Source of the DNA: Candidatus Dormiibacterota bacterium
Lineage (GTDB): Bacteria; Chloroflexota; Dormibacteria; CF-121
Length of the DNA: 64,000 nucleotides
NCBI GenBank assembly: GCA_035936995.1
Contig: DASYVR010000042.1
Location: 8,039-72,038 of the forward strand
Direction of reading: 5' to 3'
Part shown: one piece after another, positions 62,219-64,000 of the stretch
Position numbering within the stretch: position 1 is the first letter of the stretch
Layout: each line of letters begins with the position of its first letter
Notes under the pieces: generated by a model
Told to the model about the DNA's origin: nothing
What the model saw: the letters and a program-made list of their open reading frames with translations, nothing else
Database searches by the model: none
Position numbers and translations under genes: made by a program

Positions 62219-63604
62219 ATGGCCGCGCCCAGGGAAGAGATCATCGAGGCTGCCGGACGGCAGGTGACGATCACCAATCCGGACAAGATCTTCTTTGCAA
62301 AGACCGGCCACACGAAGCTCGACCTGGTCCGCTACTATATGGCCGTCGCCGAGGGCGCCCTTCGCGGCGTGGACGGGCGACCCATGGCTCTCAAGCGGTT
62401 CGTCAATGGGGCAGAAGGCGACGCATTTTTTCAAAAGCGCGCCCCAACCTCGCGGCCGGAATGGATCGAAACCGTCGAGCTGAGCTTTCCTTCAGGCCGA
62501 ACCGCCGAAGAGATCGTCGTGCGCGACGCCGCGCAGCTCGCCTGGATCATCAACCTCGGTTGCATCGACCTCAATCCTCACCCGGTGCGCGCCGGCGACC
62601 TGGACCATCCAGACGAGCTGCGGATCGATCTGGATCCCGTCCCGGGCGTGTCCTGGTCGCAGATTCGCGATGTGGCGCTGGTCAGCCGCGAGGTGCTCAA
62701 GGATTTCGGGCTGGTCGGCTGGCCGAAGACGTCAGGCTCGCGAGGCATTCACATCTACTGCCGGATCGAGCCACGGTGGACATTTCCCGAGGTCCGCCGC
62801 GCCGCCGTGGCGCTGGCGCGGGAGGTCGAGCGACGTGCGCCGGAGATCGCCACCAGCCGCTGGTGGAAGGAAGAACGGCACGGCGTGTTCCTCGATTACA
62901 ACCAGAACGCCAAGGACCGGACGGTCGCCTCGGCCTACTCGGTTCGCCCAACTCCCGACGCCCGCGTTTCGGCGCCCTTGACCTGGGACGAAGTGCCCAC
63001 CAGCGAGCTGGAGGCGTTCACCCTCGAGTCCGTGCCCAAGCGGTTTGCCCGGATCGGCGATCCGTCGAGAGGCATCGACGAGGCGGTCGGCTCACTGGAC
63101 GCCCTGCTCGAGCTTTCGAACCAACACGAGGCGGCCGGCTTCGGCGACGCGCCCTGGCCGCCGCATTTCGCGAAGCAGGCGGGTGAGCCCGCGCGTGTCC
63201 AGCTCTCGAGGCGGCGGCGCGAGGATCGGCCGTCCGCATCAAGGGGCCAGGTCCCGCCTCCCGCCCCCGGCAAAACCGTGGGTCCCACGGGTCGCCGCCG
63301 CAGCACCATGCCGTTGATCGAGATTGCCCGGGCGGCGTCTGAGACCGAGGCTCGGGCTGGGCTCCAGCGCTGGCGGGCCCGCCATGCCGACATCTGGTCA
63401 CACCTCGCGCCCTCGGATATCCTGGTGGACTCGATGCGGGGGCGGAACACAACCTGGACGCGGATCCGGATCAACCTGCGCAACGTCCCCGAGTCGGAGC
63501 GGCCACCGCAGGAAGCGCTGGAGGTCGACTATGACCCCTGGGCCGGCTATCAGGGTCCTGACCGCTCTGGACAGCTGCAGCGCCCGAAACGAAAGCGCCA
63601 GTAA
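62219..63604 (+). CDS. LigD-type primase-polymerase (PolDom) with a ~150-aa C-terminal extension
   Basis: VTITNPDKIFF...TKLDLVRYY...GRPMALKRFVNG...FFQKR, KTSGSRGIHIY and DYNQNAKDRTVASAYSVRP motifs. No ligase, nuclease or Ku gene is adjacent. Confidence 0.85.
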   Translation: MAAPREEIIEAAGRQVTITNPDKIFFAKTGHTKLDLVRYYMAVAEGALRGVDGRPMALKRFVNGAEGDAFFQKRAPTSRPEWIETVELSFPSGRTAEEIVVRDAAQLAWIINLGCIDLNPHPVRAGDLDHPDELRIDLDPVPGVSWSQIRDVALVSREVLKDFGLVGWPKTSGSRGIHIYCRIEPRWTFPEVRRAAVALAREVERRAPEIATSRWWKEERHGVFLDYNQNAKDRTVASAYSVRPTPDARVSAPLTWDEVPTSELEAFTLESVPKRFARIGDPSRGIDEAVGSLDALLELSNQHEAAGFGDAPWPPHFAKQAGEPARVQLSRRRREDRPSASRGQVPPPAPGKTVGPTGRRRSTMPLIEIARAASETEARAGLQRWRARHADIWSHLAPSDILVDSMRGRNTTWTRIRINLRNVPESERPPQEALEVDYDPWAGYQGPDRSGQLQRPKRKRQ

Positions 63605-63616
63605 CCCCTCAACCTC

Positions 63617-64000
63617 TTAGTCCCAGCGACGCTTGACCTGCATGTGTTGCTTCACACTCTTGTGGATCACCTTCCATCTCCGACGCGCCTCGATCTGCAA
63701 GCGCACGTCGGCCTTGACCTCGATCGAGCGCAGCTCACGCTGCAGCTTGCGGTAGCTGGCGAAGCGACTCGGGTCCAGGGTCCCGCCCTCGAGCGCCGCG
63801 ACGACGGCACAGTCCGGTTCGGTCTCGTGCCGGCAATCGGTGAACCGGCAGCCGAGGGCCAGCTCCTCGATATCCAAGAAAACCTCAGCGAGGGCCTCCG
63901 CCCCGGCCCACAGCTGGATCTCCCGCAAGCCGGGCGTGTCGATGACGAGGCCTCCGCCGGGCACCTTCAGCAGTTGGCGATGACTCGTCGTGTGGCGCCC
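63617..64000 (-). CDS. rsgA: Ribosome small-subunit-dependent GTPase A, C-terminal part (5' end outside the window)
   Basis: VIDTPGLREIQLW and the zinc-finger CRFTDCRHETEPDCAV motifs. The reading frame stays open to the window edge. Confidence 0.85.
   Translation of the reverse strand, partial: GRHTTSHRQLLKVPGGGLVIDTPGLREIQLWAGAEALAEVFLDIEELALGCRFTDCRHETEPDCAVVAALEGGTLDPSRFASYRKLQRELRSIEVKADVRLQIEARRRWKVIHKSVKQHMQVKRRWD

Overview
This is a high-GC bacterial chromosomal window (GC judged by eye at about 65-68%, not computed). It is densely coding on both strands. I call about 70 protein genes, one tRNA-Val(CAC), and no rRNA, CRISPR array, transposase or integrase. Many genes use GTG, TTG or even CTG starts, and several look leaderless or translationally coupled through ATGA or GTGA overlaps. 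The lineage cannot be assigned from the sequence alone; the gene content fits a Chloroflexota-, Dormibacterota- or Actinomycetota-like soil organism, which is inference only.

Gene content by region:
- 0-3.7 kb: membrane transporters, a metallophosphoesterase and two TrkA-N genes.
- 4-8.9 kb: a divergent fatty-acid synthesis locus with acpP-fabD-fabF on the minus strand. Opposite it sit a FabH-like gene lacking all three catalytic residues and a second fabF.
- 8.9-11.5 kb: a pore-less MgtE-N/CBS protein followed by a non-canonical NRAMP permease.
- 11.5-14.4 kb: an ADP-ribose-themed cluster (macro domain, PfkB kinase, two unknown proteins, NUDIX).
- 14.4-27.9 kb: EF-G paralog, moeA, tRNA-Val, an ArsR/SRPBCC/DHFR-like trio, rpsF-ssb-rpsR, an amidase, serC-like/serA/DUF1015 and trxA.
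- 27.9-38.4 kb: an accessory-looking cell-envelope block. It holds an NHL propeller lipoprotein, an ECF sigma factor with a BNR-propeller anti-sigma protein, TMEM175, PadR, a PD40 propeller and a decayed lipoprotein gene.
- 38.5-48.4 kb: PadR with a MacB-like ABC exporter, DUF4389, an oxidoreductase, a cupredoxin lipoprotein with an orphan histidine kinase, and DyP.
- 48.4-64 kb: a pseudo-receiver OmpR regulator, a CheY-KaiC operon, an APC permease, a CoA ligase, a tandem PD-(D/E)xK protein, a LAL/LuxR STAND regulator, a second ECF sigma factor with a polytopic membrane protein and PrsW, a LigD polymerase domain, and partial rsgA.

Most notable observations:
1. An ~80-nt (possibly ~145-nt) structured repeat occurs three times, always intergenic.
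2. A C-tract/G-tract hairpin element with G-quadruplex potential occurs about seven times. One copy is inserted in frame inside the DUF1015 gene.
3. A dead KAS III is translationally coupled to a second FabF.
4. An MgtE regulatory module is genetically split from an NRAMP-like permease that lacks the canonical metal ligands.
5. A matched pair of divergent ECF-type promoters sits between the sigma operon and the NHL lipoprotein gene.
6. Three frameshifted genes are present, and two of the frameshifts lie in poly-G tracts.

No single region can be shown from sequence alone to be a new multi-gene system, so the candidates below are ranked honestly. Coordinates that I derived by hand (starts, motifs, repeats) may be off by 1-2 nt. 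No database search was run.
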